Assembly: GCF_006345805.1 (NCBI RefSeq)
Contig: NW_021835568.1
Coordinates: 1 to 26,388, forward strand
Direction: 5' to 3'
Length of the DNA: 26,388 bases
Source: Octopus sinensis
Taxonomy: Eukaryota
Both the position numbers and the translations under genes were made by a program. Below the pieces are notes generated by a model. That model worked only from the letters and a program-made list of their open reading frames with translations. It searched no databases and was not told the origin of the DNA. Below, piece by piece: positions 9,992-22,948 of this stretch (position 1 is its first letter; each line of letters begins with the position of its first letter).

Positions 9992-10107
9992 AGGCGCGAT
10001 GGCCCAGTGGTTAGGGCAGCGGACTTGCAATCGTAAGATCGTAGTTTCGATTCCCAGACCGGGCGCTGTGAGTGTTTATTGAGCGAAAACACATAAAGCT
10101 CCACGAG
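9990..10107 (+). mobile_element. Truncated tRNA-derived SINE head (Pol III A box tggcccagtgg 10000-10010, B box gtttcgattcc 10044-10054)
   Basis: A and B boxes at tRNA spacing; homologous to 11551-11843; no intact acceptor stem. Confidence 0.85.
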
Positions 10108-10192
10108 CTATATACATATGTGTGTGTGTGGGTGGGTTTGTCTGTGTGTGTATGTGTGTGTGTGTTCTCGCTTTGTTCATTTCCGAGTGTTC

Positions 10193-10220
10193 CTGTTGAA
10201 GAGCGTACGTTTGAAACGTA
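10193..10220 (+). ncRNA. Degenerate minimal hammerhead relic inside a short dispersed repeat (about 10165-10300)
   Basis: CTGTTGA (core A6 changed to T), an extra A, stem II GAGC-GTAC-GTTT (two G.U pairs), GAA, palindromic ACGT, then A. Stem I is not recoverable. Confidence 0.4.
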
Positions 10221-10309
10221 AAAGACTTCCTCAACTTCCAGAGCGTTACCCTACTCCAGCTTTTTGTTATTTAGACACCGGGCTTCATATTCTGTTTTTC
10301 AACTATATA

Positions 10310-10359
<50 letters not shown>

Positions 10360-10421
10360 ATTATATATATATTATATATTATATAATATATATAATATAT
10401 ATATGTTATATATATATATAT

Positions 10422-11508
<1,087 letters not shown>

Positions 11509-11550
11509 ATATATATATATGTGTCTGTGTGTCTGTGTGCGTGTGTGTAT

Positions 11551-11843
11551 GGAGGCGCAATGGCCCAGTGGTTAGGGCAGCGGACTTGCGGTGGGAGGAT
11601 CGCGGTTTCGATTCCCTGACCGGCCGTTGTGTGTGTTTATCGAGAGAAAACACCTAAAAGCTCGGCGAATCTCCGGCAGGGGGGGGGGGGCGATCCCTGC
11701 TGTACCCTTTCGCCACAACTTTCTCTCACTCTTTCGTCTATTGGCCTGCTCGCTTAGCCAGTTGTGTGGCGTCATTTGAAGGCTAAAACAATACGAAGCG
11801 TATTGTAACCAGCGACGTGTAGCAACATCTGATAGTCTGGTCG
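11551..11843 (+). mobile_element. Near full-length tRNA-derived SINE (probably tRNA-Arg related)
   Basis: A box tggcccagtgg, B box gtttcgattcc, anticodon-like region cttgcgg, and about 200-bp body followed by (TA)n. Confidence 0.85.
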
Positions 11844-11847
11844 AGAA

Positions 11848-11921
<74 letters not shown>

Positions 11922-12567
11922 ACGAGGAGTTGAAGAAAAGATCCTCAAAAGATTCTTCCAAATATTCCCCTTACAGATTCAGATTTGTACGCATATTGCA
12001 ATATTCCTTGAGTTTTTTTAAGTCCTGCAAAAGAATTATGAAATTTGGGTCTCCAGCCGTGCCTTTTGCAACACCTCTAAAACCAGAAAGTTTTTAGCAG
12101 CCCCTTATGCTCACATGCGTGCAGACATACGTTCAGGCATGCATACGCACATACACACACGCACATTCATACATTTATCTATTTTATGGATTCGGCAAGC
12201 TTTTTCTTCTATTTCGTATGTAAAACAAAAGAAATAATCTTTTAAATTGAAAGTTTTATCATTTGTCATTCCTCATTGTGGAATGAGGTGTAATAGTAAC
12301 TGAACTCCTTGTTTGGTGTTTACCATGCCGTTACAACAATATTTTCCTTACAGTAATTTATTTCTATTCACTTCGAATAGATACATAAATGAAATATAAT
12401 TCCACAGAAGATCTATGTATTCGAATATTTTCTTGTAACACGTTCTTGTATATTTTGACAATTACAAATCTTTGAAAGCGATGACAATTTGTGCATTAAT
12501 GACAATATTTTACATCGTTGCGAGAAATGAATATAACTTCATATCATTTTAAAATTTACTCTTTTAG

Positions 12568-12621
12568 TCGCGAGATAAGACGCCAAGATGTCGCTAGTGT
12601 TCTCTTCCAAGACGCTCGTTT
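12568..12621 (+). CDS. Gene A exon, 54 nt, phase 2-2 (REIRRQDVASVLFQDARF)
   Basis: Acceptor aaatttactcttttag and donor gtaagt; the other two frames contain stops. Confidence 0.72.
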
Positions 12622-12675
12622 GTAAGTATTTATCTATATTTTATTGTAAACTAATGAATGAATTATAACGCCTTC

Positions 12676-14252
12676 ATTAGGAACAACAGCTGGAATAGGA
12701 TTCTGTTAATAACCAATCAACGTATGGGTCATGCAAGCACCACACATGCGTTAACATCACTTTCTATGTATATTCGTCCTGTGTTCAACAAAATACGGCC
12801 ACTTTCATTTTGTTTCTTTATAACTAGATATTTTCTAGAAACCTACTGAATTATATTAATACAACAGTTTAATGGAGTTAATCGTATCCTTATAGTGAGG
12901 TTGTATAGTTGTTCGATTAATTTTGTACCAATTTTTTCCCTGCCCTCTCAAAGTGATTATAACATCTATGATTAAATTGCGTTAAACCCCATTGTTACAT
13001 TTTGAGATCTAGAATGAATAATGTCAAAAACGAAAATTCATTATAACATAGTCGCGAAATGTGTTGTGGTAAAATTTGTAGTGGCCAATCGACTTATTGA
13101 ACCAAGTTTGTAAGTGATCCCTTTTATTGACTGGCAGGATTATGCGCGTTTGAAATTACAACGTATAGCCTGAGGAATAGCCGATAAGCACTAAAGGTCC
13201 GACTAACTCACCACCTTAGGGCTGACAATAGTAATATGACATACTGTAAATAATGGTACGACCAGGTCAGCATTTGGCGAAATGACATAACGAAATACTC
13301 TGTTGATTCGAAAATGAAAGCAAATTGATAAATATGGAAAGCATAAAATTTGTATAGTTGTCACTTATTATCGAGAGAAAAATTATGTTTAATAAGTTTC
13401 TTCTTTGTCATTCAAGCTTAAAAGGTTTCAGGGCTCTGATCGACGACTTTGAAAAGTATATCTTCAAATGCCTGGATGAAACACACAGAATGATATTTGT
13501 AGAAAACCAGTGAGTTTGCGTGTTTACCTTTCAAAATTTTCATTGTCGTTATATTATATGGCAGGTGTATAGGTCTGTGAAATAAACGAGTGCACATATG
13601 TAGATGGATGGGTTTGCGTAATTCAACATGTGTATCATATATATTAGAGACTGGTAAATAAAAACGAAGCCATTTAGAAATTGGGAGAGAGAAACAAAAA
13701 GAAACATCTCTTAACATTCAAGAATAAATGAGTATGCAAAGAGAATGACTAGATCATATAACATATTAAGAACAAACATTCTAACCTTTGTTATGTACCA
13801 AATTAAAAGTGTGTGGAAAAAGGTAAGTAGCAAAAGTTAATTAAATATTCAAATAAATTTACATCGTGAATTGATCACGTTGTGTACCGATTCCAGATTT
13901 AGCAATATGGGGACTCTTCTTACCTTCTACCTCAGAATGTAATTCCAACAGTTGTTTATTTTGACATCGTTAAACGTAATATCAAGTATCATTTCAGGCT
14001 TGTAAAATTATATTTCTTTATACTTTAATTTTCCAAATGTTGTTTTCAATATTTTACTGTTTTCTGCGAAATTAGGAACAACAGCTGAAATAGGATTCTG
14101 TTAATAACCAATCAACGTCTGGGTCATGCAAGCACCACATATGCGTTAACATCCCTTTCTATGTATATTCGTCCTGTGTTCAACAAAATACGGCCACTTT
14201 CATTTTGCTTCTTTATAACTAGATATTTTCTAGAAACCTACTGAATTATATT
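12676..14252 (+). repeat. Pair of 182-bp direct repeats (12676-12857 and 14071-14252; 5 mismatches by my count)
   Basis: Direct comparison of the segment running attaggaacaacagctg...gaaacctactgaattatatt. Confidence 0.95.
13417..13509 (+). CDS. Gene A exon, 93 nt, phase 2-2 (LKGFRALIDDFEKYIFKCLDETHRMIFVENQ); in-frame alternative acceptor at 13431 gives 78 nt
   Basis: Acceptor tttcttctttgtcattcaag and donor gtgagt; open frame. Confidence 0.72.
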
Positions 14253-15291
14253 GAATTATAGTTATGATTTTTAAAGTGACATTTGACCTAAGCTAAAGCT
14301 TCTCAATTTAATATTCTTTGCTGTAGAATTTGTTTTATAACATTGTAAAATCATATCGAAACACAGATGCGTACTCATGTATCTGCTGACCACCTTCTTT
14401 TAGTGAAGTGTGTTCAGGTTTAGTAAGATTTATATGATATCAGAAACCGTACAGTCATAGCTGTTCGTAGTCCGTCTTCCAGGTTAATGTCGGAAACATT
14501 ATCATGTCTCTTAAGTTTGCATTGCTTCACTGTTGAACCTCCCTTCCTCTTAGAATTGTGAAACAGTTTTATGATAGATATGGCTAGAATTTTACATATT
14601 TGTTAATATTTAAATACGGGCATCAGTCGCTAGGTGATACGTGTTAAATCAATTTTGCAGTTTATATCTGTTTACAGATGCTAAATTTTGAATTCAGCTA
14701 TGTATTTGTCAATTGCATTTAAAATGACGAGTAAAACAGTTGATAAAGATTATATCTAGGATTTCTTATTCTGAACCTGTTTTACTATCTTCAGTTAATG
14801 TGCATAAAACTGAATGGGAAGCTGCAACTCTTCTTGATTCTGCTGTCACACTCTCAACTCGCAGCGCTTGTTTGTTACGCCATCACTTAAATCCCTCCTG
14901 AAAATGCTGCGCTATGAACGAGAACAGCAGTTTCTTAGCTCTCACTTCTATTACGTTCGTCTCATGTTCACCCCATAATTGTTCCCGTAACTATTTCTCT
15001 GGAAGTGAATATATTTTCATGTTTAATTAGTTCAGACACAGTGAACAGAGGTTTTCCATTTAAAACACTTGTATTTAAAGGTTTGGGGCACAAGTATCTT
15101 CTATTTTCTTTTTGCATTGCGTTCTATTTTTAATAAGAAAGGAATGCTTGAATTTGTCACTCAATAATCCTAATAATGGTCATTAAAACAGCTTTCCGAG
15201 TTAGTTTTAACTTCAGATTTCAGTTTTACTTTCAAAATGTCATAATTTATTAAGCTAGAATACTAACATATTTCTAATCTCTATATTGCAG

Positions 15292-15341
15292 ATTATGTAA
15301 AGCTGTAAAGAAGAGTTTCACCAATATCCTATCATGGGAAG
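15292..15341 (+). CDS. Gene A exon, 50 nt, phase 2-1 (LCKAVKKSFTNILSWEG)
   Basis: TACTAAC branch site at 15261-15267, acceptor ctctatattgcag and donor gtgcgt. The only open frame links phase 2 upstream to the phase-1 last exon. Confidence 0.72.
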
Positions 15342-16855
15342 GTGCGTTACAAACAAAAAATGTGTCACACAGAAAATATTCTGTGACTAACCATTTTCCG
15401 ATATATCTATATTAGAGGCAGAAAATATTTGCACCTAATACATTTTCAGGGATCTGTCCAGTTTAGCACACAGATTTTTTTTTAAACTAAGCAGTTTGAA
15501 ACTTCAGGTACTGGTGTAATTCCTCACGCAGAATACGGTTTAGTTTGAACATCTCTTACGAAAGTTTGTACTTTAGAACTAATTTTGTGTTAACGTTGTC
15601 GTATTAGGGTGAATTTAGCCAATCACTAAGGTGTATTCAGCTGATGAAATATACTGGGGTTTGCGATAGGAATCAAAGAGGAACAACGTCCGGGTCACCT
15701 GTACTAAATGCCAGCACACTGTTCTGTTCCTATGTCATTCTTTCTTCCTTTCTAGTAAGCACCGTGCATTCCTTACTCCTTCCCTCTCTACTGTCAGACA
15801 GGCACTCCTACACTATCGACTCCCAAGCAACGAGTGAACTAGTCACTGTCACAACAATTACACTATTTTCCGCTGCATAAGTCAATATGTTTTACCTGGA
15901 ATATTTAGTGTTTGGCTCATAGAAAAGTACGCTTATATGTGTACATTTTTGATAGTTTCAGGACGAAGATTATTTGTGTATCGAGATCGACTAATTCCAC
16001 TGACTTTTTTCAGATGAAAGGTCGGTTGGCTAACATCGCGAAATACTATTAGGGTCCGGAAGAAAACTAAGTATATTTGTTTTCTTTTACCTTTATCCTT
16101 TGATAATATTATTTTTTTTTATATTGACGAAATGTGTTTTTTGTTGATTATAGTAAGATAAAATCATTAAAATTTCAATATATCACATAGTTGTAACATA
16201 AGACATGTTGAAACTATATATACTTCAACAATAAAAAAGATAGCTGCGGACCCATAGCTGTATAGGTCTTTTAAAACTGGTGCGGTTTATGTGTAGATAA
16301 AACCAAACATTTCCCCAAACTACAGACCTGCACTTTGAATACTGATGTCGGGCAACAAAAAAATTTAGGTAAATAGTATTTATTCATTCTTCCTGTTAAT
16401 TCGTCATTGCTTACTGAGTACTCCGATGCGATAACCAAAAAGAAAAGCGTGTAATATGCAACACAGGCTGTAAACAACAATGAAATAGAAAACTATTGTG
16501 CCATTTAGTAGAGATAAGCCGGAGGTCGTTCCTATTCGCTTACCCTGGAAAACAGCAGTAGATTTCTTCAACTGAATATACGCCATTAATTGGTGAGAAT
16601 TGCCGAAATACAACAACTTTAGCACGAAATGACTTCTAAAATAAGTTTTTTTTCAAAAATGGTGAAGGTAAAATGTGTTCTGCATGAGAGGTTACACTAG
16701 TATATGAAATTTTCAACTCTTTAGTTTAAAAAAAAAACGGTAATTAAAAATCTGTGACCAAAACTAAAGGGATCATATATTAGCATATTTTTCCCTACCT
16801 CATCGCATTAGATTATATATCTCATATAATCCTACTGATGAAAAGCAAATCAAGC

Positions 16856-16863
16856 ATTATATA

Positions 16864-16907
<44 letters not shown>

Positions 16908-16932
16908 ATATATATATATACATATATATATA

Positions 16933-16995
<63 letters not shown>

Positions 16996-17070
16996 GTGTG
17001 TGTATATATATAATATATATATATAAGTATAATATATATATATATATATATAATATATATATATGTATAT
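16856..17070. repeat. (AT)n microsatellite; further blocks at about 17360-17420, 22820-22900, 23955-24050 and 25160-25655
   Basis: Directly visible; source of the IY-repeat ORFs. Confidence 0.95.
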
Positions 17071-17091
17071 AATCAATATAATCCACAAGGA

Positions 17092-17230
17092 TATCCAGAG
17101 GTAATGCAGCACGATCGTTCCATGCTACTTCGTTTCATTGAACAATGCAAACATCATATCGATTTAATACGTAGAGTATATTCACAAAGAACAGTCGCAT
17201 GAAACGATCGTACTACATTACCTCTGGATA
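17092..17230. mobile_element. MITE of about 135 bp with 34-bp terminal inverted repeats and a TA target duplication (Tc1/mariner-type)
   Basis: tatccagaggtaatgcagcacgatcgttccatgc (17092-17125) vs gcatgaaacgatcgtactacattacctctggata (17197-17230); 3 mismatches. Confidence 0.85.
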
Positions 17231-17357
17231 TACTTGCTGCTTATTGTGATTATAATCACCTTTTTTTTAAATTGTATGGATAATGTCATACTAAATTGTT
17301 GCGCCACAACGTAAGTACCATAATCAAAAAGTTTTACTGAACTTCTACACGCACACA

Positions 17358-17405
<48 letters not shown>

Positions 17406-18301
17406 ATATAATATATATATATAATAACAATTAATAAATAAAACATATGCAAATATACATATATATGTACGTATATATATATATTGCCCTTTTTAGTATG
17501 AAATCTGAGGGTTGCATATTCTTCACATCGCCTATTATCATTCTTTGGCATTAATCTTTCGACAATAATCCCACCCGCGAGGCTACAACGTTATCAATAG
17601 TTTTACGGAATAACTGCGAGGCGAGCACTAATTGTTTGAAATATTTACACACACACACACACACACACACACTGGCAATCACACACATCACACACACACA
17701 CACACACACATATGTATATATTAACCATGTTTCCAATTATACATCGTACATATGTAAGCGAATTATTTCTATTAATTTACTCGATCAATGTAATATTAAT
17801 TATATATTTTAAACGCATTACGAGAGAAGAATGAAAGTGAAATATTCACGGTACATCCTAATTAAATCGCGTAAAATTAGTGAAAGATTTGAATTCCTTA
17901 ACTTATGACAGTTTCATTTTCTCACACGCGTCAGCCAATGTCTCAACACTTCAACAAAACATGATTTGAGTACAGAGGGTGGAGGTTTGTACGTTAAATG
18001 GAACATAAATTCAAATCGTCTGGGACTTAAAATGGAACCTTTAGATATGCGTTTCAAGCATGGATTGGAATAATGATCAAAAAGATGTACGTGGAGATAA
18101 CTTAATTCCGCCAAAATTTATAACTGTTGCAATTAAGTGTTAGACTGATGTTCACGATGTGCAAGTCTGTTTTACACTCACAAAGGAAAGGAACAACTAT
18201 GCTTCAGAAGCCTACAATTCTCAATTGGATTAAGATAATATTGATAATTCATGAAATAATAAATTATATTCTTATAAAATTTCATTTTTTGTATATTGCA
18301 G

Positions 18302-18435
18302 GAGAACCTCCTACAACCACAGAAAAAGATAACGGGTCTAAAGTTAAATACCAACCATGGATGGGATATGTATTATTAATCTGCGTTATGATAGGCGGAT
18401 GTTTGGCAATTTGGTATCATTACAGACGCAAATGA
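18302..18435 (+). CDS. Gene A last coding exon: Pro/Thr stalk, transmembrane helix and basic tail (GEPPTTTEKDNGSKVKYQPWMGYVLLICVMIGGCLAIWYHYRRK*)
   Basis: Acceptor ttttttgtatattgcag, phase-1 start matching the previous exon, about 20-residue hydrophobic stretch ending in RRK, and stop TGA at 18433-18435. Confidence 0.78.
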
Positions 18436-18517
18436 TGTCTTTGTGGAGTATATTTTGGGAAGAAAATATATTAATGAAAAAATAAGACGCTTTGCATATT
18501 TGATTATAAATGATTGA

Positions 18518-18523
18518 AATAAA
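18518..18523 (+). terminator. Candidate AATAAA polyadenylation signal of gene A
   Basis: First AATAAA about 80 nt after the stop. The motif is common in AT-rich DNA. Confidence 0.4.
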
Positions 18524-19248
18524 ATAACTATATTTTATCAGACATATTGTGGTTTCAATTCTCTCGGAAAAATAATGGCCAGGGAAAACAGTTTCATTCC
18601 TTTTTAAAAATTATCTGACTGTATTAGAACTGGCACATGGTCCCGTTACATTTCTATATAAATTATTTGTGAGCAAATCCCATAAGTCGAACAGTTCCTT
18701 CCCGTCAAAACAAATTTTTCTTATATTTTCTAGTCTTACTCCGAAATGCAACGTTACAGATATTTTCCCCTTTAAAACATAATTTAGTTTCCGATACCCC
18801 ACGTGCATACTTCAAGGTTTCACTAGTATACGCTTCGCGATTGTTTTCCATATGTTTTCATTAATTAATGTAATGTCACTAACTATATCTAACAGCATTA
18901 ATACTTTTTATATACACACATTTTATTTGAGTCTTTTCTGCATTACCTCTCGCCGATAAACAGTTTACATGACTGTTCTCAGGTGAACTGTTTTCTAAGT
19001 TTTGTTTTAACATGTGATTGTTTACGAGCTATCTTATCACACTTGAAGTATTTTCGGTTTTTAATTGGACAGTAGAATGTGTAGTATAATTCTCCACATC
19101 CAAAAGAAGCGTTAATCTTCTACTTTTCAATTCTGACTTTCGGCAGCACCGACTGAAGAAGAGTGCAGTTATTCACTTCTTCTCGCGATTTACATTTATT
19201 ATATTTCCTCGGATATTTCTTGTATTGTTTGCTTCTTATTCAGCTCTA

Positions 19249-19305
<57 letters not shown>

Positions 19306-19309
19306 GTTA

Positions 19310-19341
<32 letters not shown>

Positions 19342-19347
19342 TTTGTA

Positions 19348-19410
<63 letters not shown>

Positions 19411-19411
<1 letters not shown>

Positions 19412-19714
19412 TATGTTTGACTTTTGCTTTATATTTGTACAAGTTGGCTCCAAGTCTCACCCAGAGACCTCAAGAGACAACAGGTTGGAAGTTCATGTTG
19501 TTGTTATGCCTAGTGTGCCATATAATTGGGGGGTTTGGTGTTGTATTAATGAACGTCTAAAAAAACAATTTTTTTTTTTAAACCCGAAAATTATGTTTGT
19601 TTTAAACCTTGAGAGTATTTTGCGTGGGATATGAGCAGTTCCCATGAGCACTATCTTTTGAATTTCTGCCATTTTTGGGTTTCCTGGTATCTGAGTTAGG
19701 TAGCGATCAGCCCC
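19411..19714 (-). mobile_element. Severely 5'-truncated R4/Dong-like copy (last about 35 codons plus 3'UTR), flanked on both sides by (TAA)n
   Basis: The minus strand reads GADRYLTQIPGNPKMAEIQKIVLMGTAHIPRKILS, homologous to YITKTPGLTNTYNIQKIALLGTAHILRRTLS at 1491-1590. (ATT)n tracts at 19246-19410 and 19715-19862. Confidence 0.85.
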
Positions 19715-19781
<67 letters not shown>

Positions 19782-19924
19782 TGTTGTTGTTGTCGTTATT
19801 ATTATCATTATCATTATTATTATTGCTATTGTTATTGTTGTTGTTTTTGTTGTTGTTGTTGCTGTAATATTCAGGCATTAGCAGCACGTATTATATACAG
19901 ACCATATTTTGCTGAAAATATCTC

Positions 19925-20700
19925 ACCGTTTCTTCAAAACAAACTTCACCCAGATATTTTGTGATATGTAATTTCAACATTTCTCATGCTCGGCTTCTGC
20001 CAATATTCTAAACAAAGTTGTGTCTCTGTCTTCGTCTTGCCAATCGCAGCCTTCTTCTCTAAAAATTTCCTCTTATCTTCGAAAATAAGCAGAGAAGGTA
20101 GTACACTGTTCTTTGTTATATGCGAACTCTCCGATGGAGTTTGCGACAGTGTTGAAGGTGAACGAACTAGATGCATTTTCAGGTTTCTTCTGTATCAGTT
20201 GCACTAAGAGTCACTGTTACATATGAAATTCCGAAACCTTCTGTTGTTGTTGTTGTTCCTGTTTCTGTAATTGTATTCTCGAAACTAGTAAACCTTCCAT
20301 GTTCAAGCAAAAATCGGTCTAGAATGAACTTCGAATAATCTCGCCGACATAACTATTATGTCATGGGTATACAGGTTTGGTGTATACACATGACATAATA
20401 ACCACAAATAAATAAATAACTGGTTGTGGTTATGAAAAATAACCAATGAGAGAACGCACTCTATACTACTCGAATATAGGAACCATGCTCAAATTTTCAT
20501 TTTTGAACCAACCGGCTGTAAATCCAACGCACGTCGAATTAACACGATAAACCTACACGATCGACCTAATACCGTCAACTATCCCCAGTCAGTTCACTCA
20601 GTTCTTATATATTCTATTCGGTTAGTCCACTTTCAGTCACGTGAATATATATAGCTAGATTTAATTGCTGTTAATTAAACCGTACAGCTAACAATAATAC
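19925..20700 (-). mobile_element. Decayed LTR-retrotransposon remnant (Ty3/gypsy, K02A2.6-like gag fragment, possible PBS and LTR)
   Basis: The minus frame reads QKKPENASSSFTFNTVANSIGEFAYNKEQCTTFSAYFRR*EEIFREEGCDW...LFRILAEAEHEKC*NYI, resembling the NS+gEF.Y.....TF..+F.RYE.+F motif I recall for this family. tcggcgag near 20345 resembles a TGGCGACGAG PBS. Confidence 0.55.
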
Positions 20701-21548
20701 AACAAATAATACTACACAAAATACAACAATCTATAACAATATAAGCAATCGTAATATTAAATCTACAGCAGGCAATAAATATACTAAATTCTAGTTACAA
20801 TACTGTTAATGATAATTTAACTGAACCGATCATACCTATCAATTGTCTAAATTACTCAACTAGCTGTCGAAATAAATCAATGTGTCCCATTCAGAAACAA
20901 GGTTTTAGTATATAAGTATTCTATTACTGCTCTTATAGTGGACATGTCTCTTATAGATGACATGTTTCTAATGGTGCATCCTCTTCGTAATTCAAACTTC
21001 GAAGGAATGATCAGAAATATACATTGAGTTATACAAACAAGGCTAATTATGCGGTTGTTGGCAAATTCACACACTCTCTTATACATACGAATAATGAATA
21101 TAATATTGCTTGATTCATGGAATATAACGCAAAACCGTATAAGGGTAGTAATAGATGGTGTGAGCTATGTGGACCTGACGCATTCCTTTGTAATTAAAAT
21201 AGTAAATCTAAATCAATTATGATTCAACGATAAGGGGAACTAATTACAAGATGCCAGGATGTAAAATGAAAATATTTCCTACACTACAAATATACATAAT
21301 ATTACATTTATCTTTATATCTATACTTATTTAATTTATAATCCAAGATTAAACTCCCTATATGTGTAATATTTATGATAAAAATAATAATATCATCATAA
21401 TTATGCCAATAGGCAACTAAGATATAGCCCTATTTTTGCTCTTATATACGATTACCGATGTTTTCCCTTTTTCTATTCTGTGGTAACTAGGAGTTAGATT
21501 TATCGAAATTAAATATATATTATGATATATCAATATATAGACCTAAAC

Positions 21549-21982
21549 GCGGTGAGGTGGCAGAAGCGTTAGCGCGCCGGTGGAAATGCTTAGCGGTGTT
21601 TTGTCTGCCGCTACGTTCTGAGGTCAAATTCCACGAGGTGGACTTTGCCTTTCATCCTTTCGGTGTCGATTAAATGAGTACCAGTTATTCACTGGGGTCG
21701 ATATAATCGACTTAATCCATTTGTCTGCCCTTGTGTGTCCTCTCTGTGTGTAGCCCGTTGTTGGCGGTACAGAAATAAGAAAATTCAGCACGCCAGGTGA
21801 AATGCTTAGGAGTATTTCGTCTGTATTTACGTTCTGAGCTCAAATTCCACCGAGGTCGATTTTGCCTTTCATCCTTTCGGGGTCGATATATTAAGTACCA
21901 GTTGCGTACTGGGGTCGATCTAATAGACTAGCTTTCATCCCCACAACATTTTGGGCCTTGTGCTTAGAGTAGAATAAATATA
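21549..21982 (+). mobile_element. Two tandem copies of a tRNA-derived SINE-like element (21549-21780 and 21786-21982)
   Basis: The block gaaatgcttag...acgttctgag.tcaaattcc...gaggt.ga.tttgcctttcatcctttcgg.gtcgat...gtaccagtt...actggggtcgat occurs twice. Homologous to 6530-7036. Confidence 0.85.
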
Positions 21983-22208
21983 TTCTACTAAGCTGAGTAA
22001 TATAATTAATTTCTCGAATTTCTCAAACTTTTGTATCTCCAGTTTAGTGACTGATATTTATAATGGACTATATTCAAATATTCTGTTATCTTTGATAACA
22101 CTGGTCAACAAAATTCGAACTATTTCTTGTCCCACGAAAGTGAACTTTCCGAATCTGACTTTAGAAGTTTCTATCAGGCATGGGTTTTATGTAAAAGAGT
22201 AATCTCTC

Positions 22209-22820
22209 TCTATATAAAACTGAGAATGTGTGTCTGTCTGTCTGTCTGTCTGTTTCCCTAAACTTGAGAACTACACAACCAATTTTACAGAAGCCTTACG
22301 TAGAGTCCGGGGAGTGTCATCGGCAAAAAAATCGTTAATTTTTGCCTAGGGCGAGCCCAGAGCAATATCATATCTTCTCCACTACGATTCCCTAAAACTT
22401 GAGAACTACACAACCAATTTCATTCAAATTTCACACCTGCCTTACTTAGTTTCATGGGCAAAAAATGTTCAACTTCTTGCCTAAGGCGAGCCCATAGCAA
22501 TATCATATCTTCTCCACTATTTCAGTATTACGTGTTAAAAGTGAAACAAAACATTTCTCCATTTCATGTCAGATACTTTCACTTTAACAATGAAAGTTTG
22601 AGGTAATAATAACAATTGAATTATATGTAGTAAGTAATAACTAAAATCAAACTAAAGTATAATATAATCGTAACATAACAAAAGTAAAAATGGGAGTAGA
22701 TTAAAAATAAAATTAGCGTGCAGAAATTGAATAGTCCTACAATTTCAGTCTGTTATATATTTTGAGTATTGTTATCACAAGTGATATCAAGATATAACTT
22801 TGTATTTTGTATTTTATGTG

Positions 22821-22870
<50 letters not shown>

Positions 22871-22948
22871 ATACGTACACATATATATATACACATATAT
22901 ATACATGCACTAGCACTATGACCCGGCAAAGACTTGTCATAATGCAAG
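22209..22948 (+). mobile_element. Non-autonomous Helitron-like element (5' TC-TATATAAAAC, (CTGT)n, internal tandem duplication 22256-22384/22390-22519, 3' hairpin and degenerate CTAG)
   Basis: The 3' end actagcactatgacccggcaaagacttgtcataatgcaag is an imperfect hairpin ending in CAAG. The copy at 26080-26119 retains more pairing (ccggcaaagacgggtcata). Confidence 0.65.

Noticed and set aside
11918-12110. TA-CGAGG start resembling a mariner terminal repeat
   Set aside because: No matching second TIR or transposase motif was found in the window.
14076-14106. ag|GAACAACAGCTGAAATAGGATTCTGTTAA as an alternative terminal exon giving a secreted isoform
   Set aside because: It lies inside the 182-bp repeat with a poor pyrimidine tract; in phase 2 it stops after three codons and has no supporting signals.
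12568-15341. BH3-like (RALIDDFEKY) and BH1-like (FTNILSWEG) motifs plus a C-terminal TM helix, suggesting a Bcl-2 family protein
   Set aside because: The BH3 Gly-Asp has Ile instead of Gly, NWGR is absent, and no exons for the BH1-BH2 helices were found between 15341 and 18302.
15644-15880. 78-aa ORF with a hydrophobic stretch
   Set aside because: No recognisable domain or compatible splice sites; intronic in gene A, and length is within chance expectation.
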